A stretch of 64,000 nucleotides of DNA from Tubiluchus corallicola. Taxonomy: Eukaryota; Animalia; Priapulida. The number at the start of each line of letters is the position of its first letter. Within the stretch, counting starts at the first letter, position 1. This document shows positions 24,066 to 37,492 of this stretch, piece by piece. The stretch is taken from positions 310,001 to 374,000 of the forward strand of contig JAQGDQ010000081.1 in the NCBI GenBank assembly GCA_030141605.1. The letters run 5' to 3'. A program made the position numbers and the translations under genes. Under the pieces are notes generated by a model. That model was not told where the DNA came from. It saw only the letters and a list, made by a program, of their open reading frames with translations, and did not search any database.

Positions 24066-27000
24066 CTACAGATCAATCCGGAAAAGACAGTTTTGCGGGT
24101 TGGGGCAGGGAGATCAAACTAGTGCAAGATTGGTGGGGTTAACATTGTTCTAGACTGGAGGGCGTTTTTCTTAAATTAAAAATTTACCAAGTATGTCTTG
24201 GGTATAAGTGTAAGTGTTGTAACAAAAGACGACTGGCTGGTTTACGAACATTACGATTTTTCATTAGCACTAGATCCAGATAATCAAAAACAGTAACCCA
24301 GAAGCTGTAAAAAATACAGTAGACATGTTCAGGTATCCATATCAGATTCATGTATGAAGACTGTTTTAAGGCTGTATTATGTATTCCGTGTTGAATGAAT
24401 AATATCGAGACTTTTAAATCTGGGAGGTTGAGTTCTACAGAATTTCGAAGGATACATTTATTCTGACAGAGACTAGGATATGTGTAACTGTGAGTTCCAC
24501 GAAAATCTACCATGAAAATTCCACGGAAGAAAGTAAAACAGTCATGAATGGAGCTTTACGAAAGAAAAATAATCTACTGACGTAACGTAAATTTCTGCGT
24601 CAATGCACGAGATGTTAAACGTAATCAAATTGGTTCATTTCAAACACAGTTAAACCTTGGACTGCATTGTTTTGTAGCTTATACTTTGGCTTTATAAATT
24701 TCATACAGTGAAGCTTTAAATACTGATGTTATCTAAAGCATTCACCTGCGCACTTTGTCATTTTGTATATTGGAGGCGATTTTAGCCCTACAGTAAATCA
24801 CTGAAAGTGTTCAGAGATACTGGTACTGATAAAACCGAGGAATAACACGTTAGTGCCTTTAAATTCAAACAATACGAGATATTTCATGCTGCTGTGACAC
24901 GGCACCTGCTGCAGCATTTTGTTTGCTATAGTTTCTAACTTTCTAGGCTATAAAGTCAAGTTTATAGCCCATCAATATTAGTGATACTTCATTACAATTG
25001 TTTTGATAGACATGATCCACTTCTTCAGCGCGTTTTCGTCGTATTTTGCTGATCCTAATGCGGGCGGAAGTTATAAGCCTTGAGGTGGAAACCAATTAAT
25101 TAAATGATGCGACAGGTGATCATGAAAAGCAAAAAAGGGCGGACTACAAAGTGCCGGATGTGTTCAATTCATTTTCCGGTATGTCGGGCGCTAATTTATG
25201 AAGAAAGGCTGTAAATTGTCGAGTAGATCCACCCGCCAGATGGCAGCAAATTTAATTTATGCCGATTTTAGCAAATATGCTTTTTCTATGTGCCTTTTTG
25301 TATGTATTTTATTGTGTGGAGCTATCGGTTTGTCACATTATTTTAATTTCATCATTTCGGTGTTTTGCTTTTTAATGGCTGAATGTGCGAACTCATTGGA
25401 AACAAAAATTTATTAGATTATTGATTAAAGGAGCAACATCCTTTTTTCCACTTGCTTAGTTTGCTATTCTTTAGTGAAGAGCATGCATTGCCTGCCCTAA
25501 AATACGCGAGAGCAGCCAAGCTGTGCCCCCTTTCAGTCACTGTTGCTTTTGTTGCTGTTTAAACAAAGCTTTCACAGCTTAGTGAGCAATTAAATTGATT
25601 TATTAGGGGTAACAGCTAGTTAGCACTAATTCTGTTGTAGATTGGCTCATATTGTTAAGTTTAATTTTGTTTTTACGATATAACATAAATCTGGAAAGCC
25701 GGAATGATGATTTCTTATTTCCAATGCCTTAACGAGTAATTCCAAAGCTATAGGTATAGGCAACATTGCTCACTATCGGAAAAAAAAATTCGGATGAAGT
25801 GTTTTACACACGCCTTCCAAAAATCTGTATTTACGACGTAAGAGGTATTAACAGGCCCAGCTGATGTTTCACAAAATTATACACATTATTTGGGGTTTAG
25901 TGTGTCTGATGAGTATACGACAATTAGGTGGAATTAGGTGGTACACCTATTGATCACTTATGCTGTTGACCTGCGCTTAATTGCTTCTTCTACACAGGTG
26001 GAAAGTTTCTAAAAAAATTGTTTGATTGCTGTGAAGAATAGGTTAAACACAGTGATATTATTTTAAAGCATTGAAAACGAAAACTGTGCATTTATTGCAA
26101 ATATATTTACAAATTTACTTTGCTAATGTAGCCTTGCAAGGAGAACAGATTGAACGTGAACATAGACGCTTTTTCATAGACGTATTAGTTCTAATATTTA
26201 GAAATTTTAGCCTTTGCTCTGTTGATGTCAAACTTGTTTTGTTTAAATTTTCTTGCTCATATTTTTACTGTTCTAACATCTGGATCATACACGTTTAGTC
26301 TTGATTTTAATCTCACTTTTCTTTACTGCAGTTCTCCAACAGGCAGTTTTTATAATTATGCCTTAGTCAGTTATTATGTGTTAAATCATTTGATTACGGT
26401 GCTTATAGTTCTGTTAATAAATCTCGTATTACACTTACTATTAGGAAATCACTAGCGCCTTACAATTTTATCGTACGGACACCACAGATTGTAGAACATC
26501 GGCAGAGAATGCCTGTAACATTTTGAAGTAATTTTATGCAAAAATGTTTTTAGCCTTCGTCAGCGGTTTCGTTTTTAAATTCGAGCAATGAAATCATACT
26601 CAATTTTATTTTTTGCGCTGATATCATTTTCACTTCGAATATTTTTGCCTATTGGGGATACATACTTACTACCCTTTTTGAATATTTTGCTTACTGAACT
26701 TCTGCCCTTTGTGTAAATATTTATTTTATATGCCTTGTAGTGGTATCTTAAAATAATGATTTTTAAAATAAGTTTTTTTTACTATTCTATAGCACTTTTT
26801 ACGCACTGGAGTAAACATGAAATAATAAATAAAATGAAGCACTGTTCACTACCCCGATTTTTAAATATTTAGCTTTTTGTCCTTTGTCCTTTCTTTAAAT
26901 ATTTATTTTATAAGTCTTAAAAATTTATTCTCTTGCGTGAGCCCAAATCAAGTGCAAACATTGAGAAAGTGTGACTATATCACTTTGACTTCTATAGCAT

Positions 27001-27299
27001 GGGCAATACGATATAGATTATTTTCATACGTTTCTTATTGTGCGACGTAATGATTAAGAAAATTCATATGTTAGCTCAGGAAACATTGAATTATGTCGTA
27101 GAAGCGCTGAACTGTACACGGTTAAACGTGTTTTCCATACTCGATCAACTGCAAATTTTTCATTATAAAAAGATAAATGACCCATGATGATTCTGAATGA
27201 CCGCTAATGCATCCCCGTGGACGTTTCTGAGTCATCACGACGGGGTACCAGTCTAAGTGGTGCATGCCTGCATAATATAGTGCATATTAATTCGCGTCA

Positions 27300-30200
27300 T
27301 TTATTAGGCTGCTTGAGTCAAAGTGGCTCCTACTGATTCTGTATTTATGTGCTTTGATATAAATGCGCCGATTTTTCTGGAGTTTAAAACTCAGTGTGAA
27401 GTAGCTATTCAATTAATCTCCGTAATGTAATAAAAATAGGATTGAGGATGATCCTTGAATTTTGTTGTATGAGTTTCACATGCCTCAGCGAGAATATTAT
27501 ATTTCTCTGCGAAGAAACGTCTCTGCGTTCACCAAGATCTGCTTTTGGACAAACGTTTTGGCTTAAAACTTTTGGCGTTCTTCGTTGTTCCTGTGACTTA
27601 AGTGCTATATGGCCTTTGAGTCTATTGATAATTATTTTTTTCTGGGTGAAAATCATATCGATGCGAACAGCTTGTACGTATGTATATATGTACGCAAAAG
27701 AGGCCAATTATGACTTATTATTACAATTATAAGTTATTAGAGAAAGTTAGGTAATTATATCCCTTGACGATACTTTTATTTTAGCATATCAAACGTTCAT
27801 AGTTCAAATGCAGGTTCTATCCCGATTTTTCAGATTTTATTTTTTTCCCTTTAAGTTTTGTTTCAAAGATTTAGGTTCATTCCATCATAGCTTTAGCTAA
27901 TGTGCAGTTTTCGCGTCTTTTAGTCCAGTGTATTAATAACTGCCAAGATTGTCTGAGGTTTGGAAATTTAGACTCGTACAAACCTATCACTGACGCGCAC
28001 TGACGCATTACAAGAACCCAATTTCTTCGCGTTGATTTCCTCGTAATCGCAGTTCGCTGTTCTCTTGTTCGAATGGCCTTCGATTCCACATCGAATGCTT
28101 TTAATCATTCGGCTTCCGATTCGCGAGCTCAGATTAAACCCGTCTTTGAAGATCGGAGGAGCTGCTGCCGTCGCATTTTAATCAAGTTTTCGCGAGTAAA
28201 AAGGATTGATAATAGGGAGAATCTTTGAATCCAGCCTGTTTCACTGACTTTCTGCGCTCGTTAGATGCGACAACCCTTTTATTTCAAAGGCGATACGATT
28301 TGTGATTAGTACAGGTCTAAATTGTGCTGGCACTAACTTTATATACCTGATGTATTGCACATTATTTTTATACACCATAACTGCAACCGCTTATAATTTT
28401 GCAAGTATTGACATTGAAAGGAAAGTTAATAAAAAATTTAATAAATAGCTATATTCATGCTACAGCCAGCATCAGCCGCATAGTCGTCGCTGAAACAAAT
28501 GAACATCACCTCTGGTACCGCTACTGCCACTACCACATTCACTATCACCAACCATCACAAACCACCACTACCGCTGCTGCCACTACCAACACCAACAGCA
28601 TTACCACCATCACCAGTTCTCGCACCATCGCCATCACCAGCGCCACAAACACCATAATCACATCATAAACATCATTATCATAAGTTCTAACCTATCCCCA
28701 TGACCACTACTACCAGAACTAGTATCATCACCTGAACCAACATCACTATTTTCAGCATCATCACCACCACTATCACTACCATCGCCACCACTGCCACTAT
28801 CACTATCTCCAATAACATCACCACCAACAAAAACAAAGCCAATACCACCACCATCCTCACCACGTTCCAGTCTGATGATATGCAGGCACTTTATCTTGTT
28901 GGCTTGAATAATGTTTGTGTAAAAACTCAGCTTGCTCAATCCAATGAAGATAGTAAAATAATTCATTAACTATACCTGTTATGTTGATGAAGTAGTTGTG
29001 TTCGACTGTTGTCAGCGCGTTGATACTCCCTATCCCGGTGTCGCACTATTTTTCTTTCGTCCTTCAAAGAAACCATCGCTGCAAAACCGTTGTAAAATTT
29101 TCTTTGACTGCCAAAAAATTCGTTGATCAGAATATCTGCCAACCGTTGTTAACCAAGCTCCAGTTGCTATGCATTTAGGTTGTCGAATGTTTATGACACG
29201 TTTAAAGACGTCACTCATTTAAGAGATGCGATATCCTCTTTGCCTCAACGACCACGCCAAGATTCAAGTCCAAGATTTCAGTAGTCTTGCTCTCATTGCT
29301 TAATGATGGTCTAACTATTTCTTGGTAAAATGTTTGTTCTTTATATGATTCCATAAAGTCACTGCAAAGCACTGTAAATAAATTTAATATTATTTCTAAC
29401 AGGGTGGTTGACTTTGGTAACTTTCAGTTTTTCGCAACCCTTTCACCAATCACTTGAACATCATTAACTCAGGTAATTTATTCATTTAATAATCTTGTCA
29501 CTTTGTATCATATTATCATATTATCGTTTTATGCTTTGTGTTTTCTTGTAAAAAGGTGATAAGTAAAGATACTTATTTACTTACTTACTTACTTTTAAAA
29601 TAAGTATCAAGTTTTCCCGACAAATAAGTAATTTCTGGTGCAAGAATAACGCCAGTACTCGTTCAGTATGGATCACTTATAGTCTGTATAGTCTTTTGTA
29701 AATTGGTTGTGAAATGAGACTTCGCCGAGTCTTGAACCTGGACTAAAGTAGTTTTCTTGACCACTTGAATTCTGGTATAGAAAGGCAGTTTCTATAGAGA
29801 GGACGTGAAACGTACTGAATTTTAGTAAACAGTATCTTAATGTCATAACACACTAAAAATCTAAATTTAGGTCTAAACATGTGCTAGGTAAAATGCATAA
29901 TATAAAAATCATAAAGGATATGGCTAAAGGTTATGCCTTGTATTATGTCGTCTCAACAAATGCAACTGTTGCTCTTGCCAGCTAGCAGGAGAACTGCTTT
30001 CCAAGCTTCACGACTTGGTTTATGATCTATTGATCGAGTTGAGATTTTTGTGTTGACACGTCCGAACTGTCACCGGAAATAACCACCCGTTTGCGGAACG
30101 AAAACCAGAGTTCTGTATGAGAACGGTGAATTTACAAAAGCAAAGACTTCACATTTTTGAAAGGGAAAGCTTTCGTAACAACGGCTTGAACAAAGGTTTG

Positions 30201-31080
30201 AAGACGTGATACAACATTAGCACATGTGTTTCTTTAATGTAGTAAAAATACAAATTATTTCCACCGCTCTTATAATTTCATACTAACATTGCATTTCTTT
30301 GCGCCCTGTTTATTGCAAAGATTCCACTATCGGTTTTCTGTCTTTCACTTCTCTAGTTAGGTCGGTTAAGTTTTTCTCTCAACACATCGAACTAATCAGT
30401 TTTTATGTTCTGAAATGTTTGTGGCTCATTGATTTCTGTCGTTGTTTAACGTTTTGCTTTGCTACAAATAGTGCCCGGAAAAGTACTTAAAGCGTTTTTT
30501 CATTAATTTGGTGAAGCTGCCCTGCTAGATTGATGATGATTTCGCAAACAAAACCCGTCAAGAAAACGTGAGAGGGGTCGCTGAAAAGCTTGATTTAGAG
30601 ATGGGTGAGAAAGCGCACATTCTTTCTAGTGATTTTCTTGAACTGCAAAGGTTAGTGCGATTGTAAAGTGAGCGGACAGAAAAAAATAAAGAAAAAGATA
30701 ACCATAAAGAGACTGTTGTAACAAAGTAACAAAAAACCCGTTTCTTTTACTAAATACCCGACTTTAAGCATTTGAAAAATTAAATTATGATGTAGAAAAT
30801 CTCGACATAGGGTTTCGATGAAACATTCTAATGACTCGAAATGTGAACAAGCGTGATATTCACACGGTTCTACATCCACGCCAAGGCAAGTCGAATCACT
30901 GTACGCCGCCAAAGAGTAAAACAATCATTGCTTATTTATTCTGCGCAATTTGAGATGCTTGCACCCTTAATAGTTCTACTGGGAGAAGAATGAACATAAA
31001 GAACTAGTCGCCTAATTAGGGCGCAACGTGCACAAACCAATCTTACAATTATAAAAAGAAAAATACGGGGAGGCCAATCG
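27300..31080 (-). pseudogene. Array unit U4: decayed gene for an uncharacterised secreted Cys-containing protein
   Basis: Signal-like 'RIFLFIIVRLVCARCALIRR' (~31010-31068). A: 'VEPCEYHACSHFESL' (~30830-30875). C: 'FPFQKCEVF..LVFVPQT-GWLFPVTVRTC' (~30055-30175). D: 'SDVFKRVINIRQPKCIATGAWLTTVGRYSDQR' (29120-29218). E: 'AAPPIFKDGFNLSSRIGSRMIKSIRC' and 'ISKPQTILAVINTL' (27925-28170). F: 'FFAEKYNILAEACETHTTKFKDHPQSYFYYITEIN' (~27412-27518). Confidence 0.8.
28500..28862. repeat. Degenerate (CAC/CAT/TAC)n tract
   Basis: Direct inspection. Confidence 0.8.
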
Positions 31081-31101
31081 TCGAGTTCAGTACGCTGGAG
31101 T

Positions 31102-31141
31102 GAGAGAGAGGGAGGGAGGAGGTAGGGAGAGCGAGCGAGCG

Positions 31142-31212
<71 letters not shown>
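31102..31212. repeat. (GA)n microsatellite
   Basis: Direct inspection. Confidence 0.95.
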
Positions 31213-31214
<2 letters not shown>

Positions 31215-34200
31215 CTTCTTGCCACTGACCACCGTTATTTTGCTAAGCAAATGTTTAAAAAATGAAGCACTTAATAAAGTGACTCAAAACCCCCTGGCTG
31301 CAGCTGAATGGAAGCCATTTGGATCGAGTAACAGCTTTGTAGAAGCCATTGCGAATGGAATTAAGACATAATGCCCTGCGGAAACTGAAGACAAAGTTGA
31401 CAAGGATGGTCAATATTGGCTACCAAGGGGAAGTAGGCCACGTTTGTGTAAGCTGGACGCAACTTGGAGAAAGAAGCCACGTGTATGTAAACTGGACAAC
31501 CTTCACTGAAAGAAGAAGCGTTATCGGTAATGGCGAAACAAGGTGAATACTAGTTTGCACTGCTGATGCGATATGGTTTCTTATTACACGTATTGTGCAA
31601 GAAACTGATACTAGTGAACACAGTTACTACAGCGTTTTGAAAAGTTATACATCTCTTTAGAACCATACGCATGACAAATGGCATGACTTCAATTGTCTTA
31701 GTTTGACACTGGTGATGTTTTGCAAGAAAGTGTTGAAACCAACTGCAATGCTTGATTTAAAAAATGCCAGAGCAAGCTACTAGATATTAGAGCAGGTATG
31801 AAACATTGAAGTTCTGATTCTTGCGATTAATTATACGCATGCTGTTGTATCAAACCATCAATATTAACTGTATATTTTTCTCGTATATATATATACATAT
31901 CGTACATATATATTGTATAAGTGTATTTCCAAACAAATAAATTACTAAGTTCTTTTTATTTTAAAGCCTATAAAGCAAAATTGTACAGGTATAGGATAAT
32001 TATAGTAAGTTGTTCGGTCGTCTTAGTAAGGTGCGAGTATCCCGAGAACAACAACTACGTCACGGCGAAACTGATCTCTTATAGTTTACTTTGCAGCGTG
32101 GTGTGGCAAGTACAAAAACAAGTTATATGTTTCTGAATGAGAAACAACAATATCACTGCGAAATAGGCCTCTTTTTAGGCTACTTGCAAGCGAATAATAA
32201 AAATGATGTGGCTTCATCTTCGTTTTCCGTCTCTTTGAGGGTTGCTGACCTACAATGGCTTCAATTTTCTGTAGTAGGGATTTATTTGCCAGATGCGTTT
32301 CTTGCCATTACAAGTCCAAATGTTATTAGATGAATTTGCATTTTACCGCGTGAATAGTGGAAGCAGTAAAAGCTGCACAGAGGAAACATAAACTGGCTAA
32401 TATCGAACTTTATTCTCACCTAAATCAGCTTGCAGTGCTTCAAGCAGTACTTAATATTAATAAGCTGTTCTGAGAGTTGTTGCAGTACCCCCTGAATAGG
32501 TAAACCTTGAATATTGGTTTGCGTAATGATATACGTAATGATAATCATATTATGATAATAAAAACAGGCACCGTTTGAAAATGACAAATGTGCCTCGAGT
32601 AGTATAGGACTAGAGCTTTCGAGACTCCTTCAGAGACTGCACAACATTGTAAAGGAACTACGCGAATGTTTGGAGGAAAAGCTAATTTTAAACTTCGTAA
32701 ACGTGAAAAGGCTAGTCTTTTCTAGGCCTGTACGGATTCCAGTTTATTCAGTTTATGCGTTTTACACGATAAAAATTACCCTACTGAAAAGCAAATAAAT
32801 ACGTCTGGCCATCCATTATTAACATGACGAGGATTTTTGGGAACGAAAAGAATGAGTCTTTAAATTAGTACATATTTATTCGGGCCGCTATCTGGTGTTT
32901 GGTGCTGTTTGGTGGTACTAGTACTCTGTTTCTAAAAGAAACGAAAAGTAATCACACACTGCGCAGAACCTATAAGTATAACAATACTGCAAATAGGCTA
33001 TATGTTGTAGATTTAGGTAAGGCATTGTTTTCTACCCATTTATTTTTTCACGGCAGCGGATTCGAAACCAGAAACGGAATGGATGCGGTAGCAGAAACAG
33101 AAACAGAAATAGGCCAAAAACGACAACAATCAGATTTCTGTTAGCACTTTCCGCGTGTTTTTCCTCTCCTGGGGTCTTTTTGGCCTTTGAAAATATAGTT
33201 TTATTATCTTCCCGCATAGGGTGTGCTAACTCGAAGTAACACAGCCAATTAGAAGCCAACGGTTAAGCAGTCGGCGCAGTCGTTTAAGCTTAACTCATAA
33301 AGATTTTACTAAGCTTTATTACTTCATACGCTCCGCATTAATCAAAGTAGAATCATAATTGCTGAACAAAGGAATGGAAAATTTATTCGGTATAAATTCA
33401 GGTAATTTCGCACAGGTTATAACAGGGTTTTGTTCTCAATCATTGACGTGATATCGTTTCAGAAGCACAGTAAATCATTGACTTCGTTTGCTGAATTCGC
33501 TTATTGCAAATTTATTTGGTGATTAAGCGCTTAATACTTTTGGTATTTAACAGAAATTATGTTTCCGTCTTTAAAAGGACAAGCGTGGCGAAGAAAATTT
33601 AATGTTATTTTTCGTGAAAGACGTAGTCGTCTAGACGTTAATGCAGACGTCGTTACAGCTTATTAATGATGTCGAGATATTAAAAAATGATTTATCATCT
33701 GAGTTAGTATTAGCAGTAAAATAGCTTTCATTTTACAACATACTATGCGCACAGTTAAATATTAAAAACAAGAAAATGAGAGGATTAAAGTTGTTTTGAA
33801 GCTTAAATTGTAATTAGACTTTATAATTACATGCTTTGAATGTACTAAATAATTAAGGCTAACCATGATTGCCTATTCGCAGCAGTCTGATCGATTCCTG
33901 CAAATGGTTTACTGCTTAAGTGACAAAATAGTAAACTGAGATGGCCGGCCAGCGACTTCTCAATAATTTTACGATCGGCAGATGACCGACCAACCGAGCG
34001 ACCAACTGACTATTTTTAATTGTTTAGTTATATGACAAACTGTATAGCTGATTCATTGAATATTAATTAACACGTAGAATGACGGACAGCTTGATCGACC
34101 AACCAATCGTTTACTTGAAGATTTAGCTGCTAAGTTTCACGTGATTAGAAATGCTAACAACCAGATATTGATACAACTATTTTAACAGACAAACATAATT

Positions 34201-36714
34201 AAGAATGAAGCACAAAATAATCTAGATATCGTCAGATAGTTTTTGGCATTTTATTACGTCATACACTTTTAGGCCACCCAATTCTTTGCATTATGTTTGT
34301 GGATTACCAGTAATGTTTGCCGTTGTCTTTACTTACTAAACGGATGGAGATTTTTAGAGACCAGGGCGCACCGAAAATCGGGAAACCACAGACCTCCCTA
34401 CCTCAAATATGTTTATGTATTTAGCGAACCCTGTGCGATCTGCCATGATGGTCCTTAGCTGAAATGCAGAACCAGTAGCCTGAATTTTTCAATAACCAGA
34501 TTTCCCTATTCAAACAATAGCAAAATCCAAATTAAGTCTGCATGTGAATGTGAAATAACTGCCACTGTGTTTATTTTCTAGATTTTAGTGTGTACATCTC
34601 AGCACTCAGCAGTAACATTATTGAGTATTGAAAGAGTGAGTTAGTCAGGCAGTCACTAAACACAAAAATGCAAGCGATTTACACGGTTAGTAAACAGAGA
34701 TTTAGGTTCTATTTAGCATATATTACTAGGTAAAAAAGAAATGCAAAAAATAGTTCTCCATCGCCACAGTTTTTATAATACATGCATTACTTGGGTCCTT
34801 AAAATTAGAATATTCTAAAAGGAAAGTGACTGTACAATTTATTTGCATTGATCTGTTAGTCCCCTTTTTAGGAGATAATGTGTAGTGTACTTCTTACAAA
34901 ATGAAATTAGCGCAGGCTATAGCATTTCGCACAAATACTATTGGTTGTAGTACTGTTCACTTCCGTTCTGATTTACTGTTCGAAACAGAGTTGTAAAAAT
35001 AATTATCGTTACTTGTCGTATTTAGCTATAGGCCTTTCATTTCTGCGTATTATTGCAATATACTGTAGTTGAATCAGTCGATCAACCATTTATTTTACTG
35101 ATCAGGTGTCACATAACTGTCTTGTAAATGTTCATTTAATTCCCAATTAATTACTCTTGATTAACTGTATTTGCTAACCTTTTTGCATTTGTGACGGAGT
35201 AACTGTGTGGCACGGTGTTTGTAGCGACAGGAGTTAAGCACTTTCGAGTTTGATCAGTAACAGGCGACTGCCATGAAAACTTGCTCATTTCAAGTTTCAT
35301 TCACCTCTTTATTCTGTTGATTACCTCGTTAAAGGAGAATATATTGACACACATCTGAGTATGACTGAATACCATCTATGCTTTAGTGTCTTATCACGAT
35401 TGTCATTTATGAATAGAACCCGATGCCACAACAACAATCTAAATCCAGATACTTTGTGTGAGTGCTAGATCTTGCCTTGGCAGAACTGTTTACAAAAATA
35501 TGACTTCGGAAATATGTGGCCGAAGTGTTCCTCTACTGCTTTTGTGATGTTATTTTTATTTCTTGCACACCTAAACTGAGAATTACACGATGCACATTTT
35601 GAGAAAGCTTGCTAGGGATAACAGTTTTATCAGTAGTTGGGATTTTCTTCATAAGGCCACAAGAGACTTCTCGCGGGGAAACCGCTCGCCATTAAAATGC
35701 TGATTTTTTATTCATTGCCTGGCGTATTTCCATCTACGGCTTCTAATGTATCAATTTCATTCGTAGAGCTCGCAATAAATTGTTGTAGATTGCCTGTCCG
35801 AACACCGGGTGAGTCCCAGATGGCAGTGCGTCTACATTGATCGGGATTTCGCTCTTGTTGAACAGGCTCTTGTTGAACAGAGAGTCAGCAAGAAATGAAC
35901 CGGGGAATAACGCCCGACTGCGCAAATTAGAAAAAATTATTAGTGGAATGCATGGGAGCCAGACCGGTTCCATTTTGGCTCTACAAAAGTAATCAATTAA
36001 TACAGCGATTAATCACTAATGAGGCAAGATCATGCACAAGTTTGATACGGTTAATTCCGGGAAATTTATATCCCCAATTTTTTTTCGATAATCGCTTTAA
36101 TACGAGCAATAAATTACGAGTTACAGTTTGTCTAAGACTCACTAGGGACCTATTATGGCGGTTCTTATTAAACTCAACTATATTTCATTGATATTATTAA
36201 GAGCATAAAAGTGTAGTGGAATTTCGCGTTGGATGAGAAATTAATGATCGGTTGTAAACTTGTTCAAACATCTTCAGTGAACGTTGCGTTGCGTAAAACG
36301 GTTGAATATTGTGGAAGGATAATGGGGGTAAAATCCAATGTGTTTGGGTAAAATGAAGACAAACTATTGATTCCTTTGCCGAATCGGTCGATTTTAAAAT
36401 TTTCATTCGTTTTTCAGTGTCGATGATTTGGATATTGCATATAATTACCCACCAAAATTGTCTGATAACCAATCGCTTACCCTCTAAAGGATATAATGAG
36501 AACCATTCTTCTATGTAGTAAAGCTGACCATTGTATCGTTGGTTTGAGTTACCTTTTAGTAGCTTTTAGTTAGGTTTTTAAGTGGGCCTAACAGACGCAA
36601 AATCATGAGAAACACGAGACTCACTATACTGCAACGCTTTCGTTTCTGAGTTGCAGAACTAGATTTATTTTAATTCTAAATAAAACTTTCGTCGTCCAAA
36701 ACATGAAAGTCTCT

Positions 36715-36790
36715 CTGTGGTGTATTGGATTGCGCACTTTCTTGGAATGTGATCCTGGTTCCAACCCCAATGATGTCAAAGTTTTTTTGG
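36715..36790 (+). mobile_element. Possible tRNA-derived SINE head remnant
   Basis: A-box-like 'gtggtgtattgg', B-box-like 'cctggttccaacccc', then a T run. Weak. Confidence 0.3.
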
Positions 36791-37492
36791 GGTTTTCTAT
36801 GACATACCCACTTCACAAGTGTGATCACCATTTAACTTTGCAACCGATTTTGCTACGACATCTGGATTTTCGTGATTTCTGCCAGAATTTCTGAGAACAT
36901 TTCCAGTCCCAAACTCTCGCAGTCTGTAATCACTGGGCAACATCTGGACGATGGTCACACGCGCTTAGCATAATCAGTTTCTCATTGACCATTGCCAATC
37001 ATGACTCATTAGTAGTCTGACGCTTAAACCAGTGACTCTCTAATTGAATTCTTTTCTACTTTTCATTCATGATTTTCCAATTTGTCGCCAGACGAAGCTC
37101 AAACATGGCGACAGCAAGGTGTCAAAAATTCTGCCGATTCACCGTAAAAACATCAACAATTTGCATTTAATAATCGGGGCGTCGTTTCTGTGTGAACAGG
37201 TATTAGGGCGGACCTGGCATTGCTGTTAAGTTTCCATATCTAGTGCTGGGATTTAACAGTTACATTTGTTACATCATATTTCGTTAAATTTGCATATTTG
37301 TTTTCGCTACTTAAGCTTAATGTGCCTAATTTTATGAATAATGGCGAGACCAGACAGAAATAGGCAGGAACTGATATAAAGATTGGAAAGAAACATCAAT
37401 TATTTATAATTTTAATATCGGTATTATTACTAATAACGGTATAAAACCAGAATTAATTAAATGTGTAACCAAATTTGAAAAATAGGAAATGC

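Larger units (their letters stand above)
19040..24950 (-). pseudogene. Array unit U3: decayed gene for an uncharacterised secreted Cys-containing protein
   Basis: A: 'PSLCQNKCILRNSVELNLPDLK..IQHGIHNTALKQSSY' (24188-24513, ends G|gtaaat). B: 'SKQLHELAFLQ' (~23760-23795). C: 'ICFVFAALTEWLFPVPNTC' (~22710-22770). D: 'LRVGL..LNNTIVDAK..LCDVFKHVISDFTM*VPSNSVWLATVTNYSNQR' (21830-22010). E: 'FKLTTRFEK' and 'VNYSKPTKIF' (20150-20400). F: 'YFLTKYEFLWQKYVGGKVDFRV*NNVYVYVF*SLN' (~19118-19225). The 5' end is uncertain. Confidence 0.8.
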
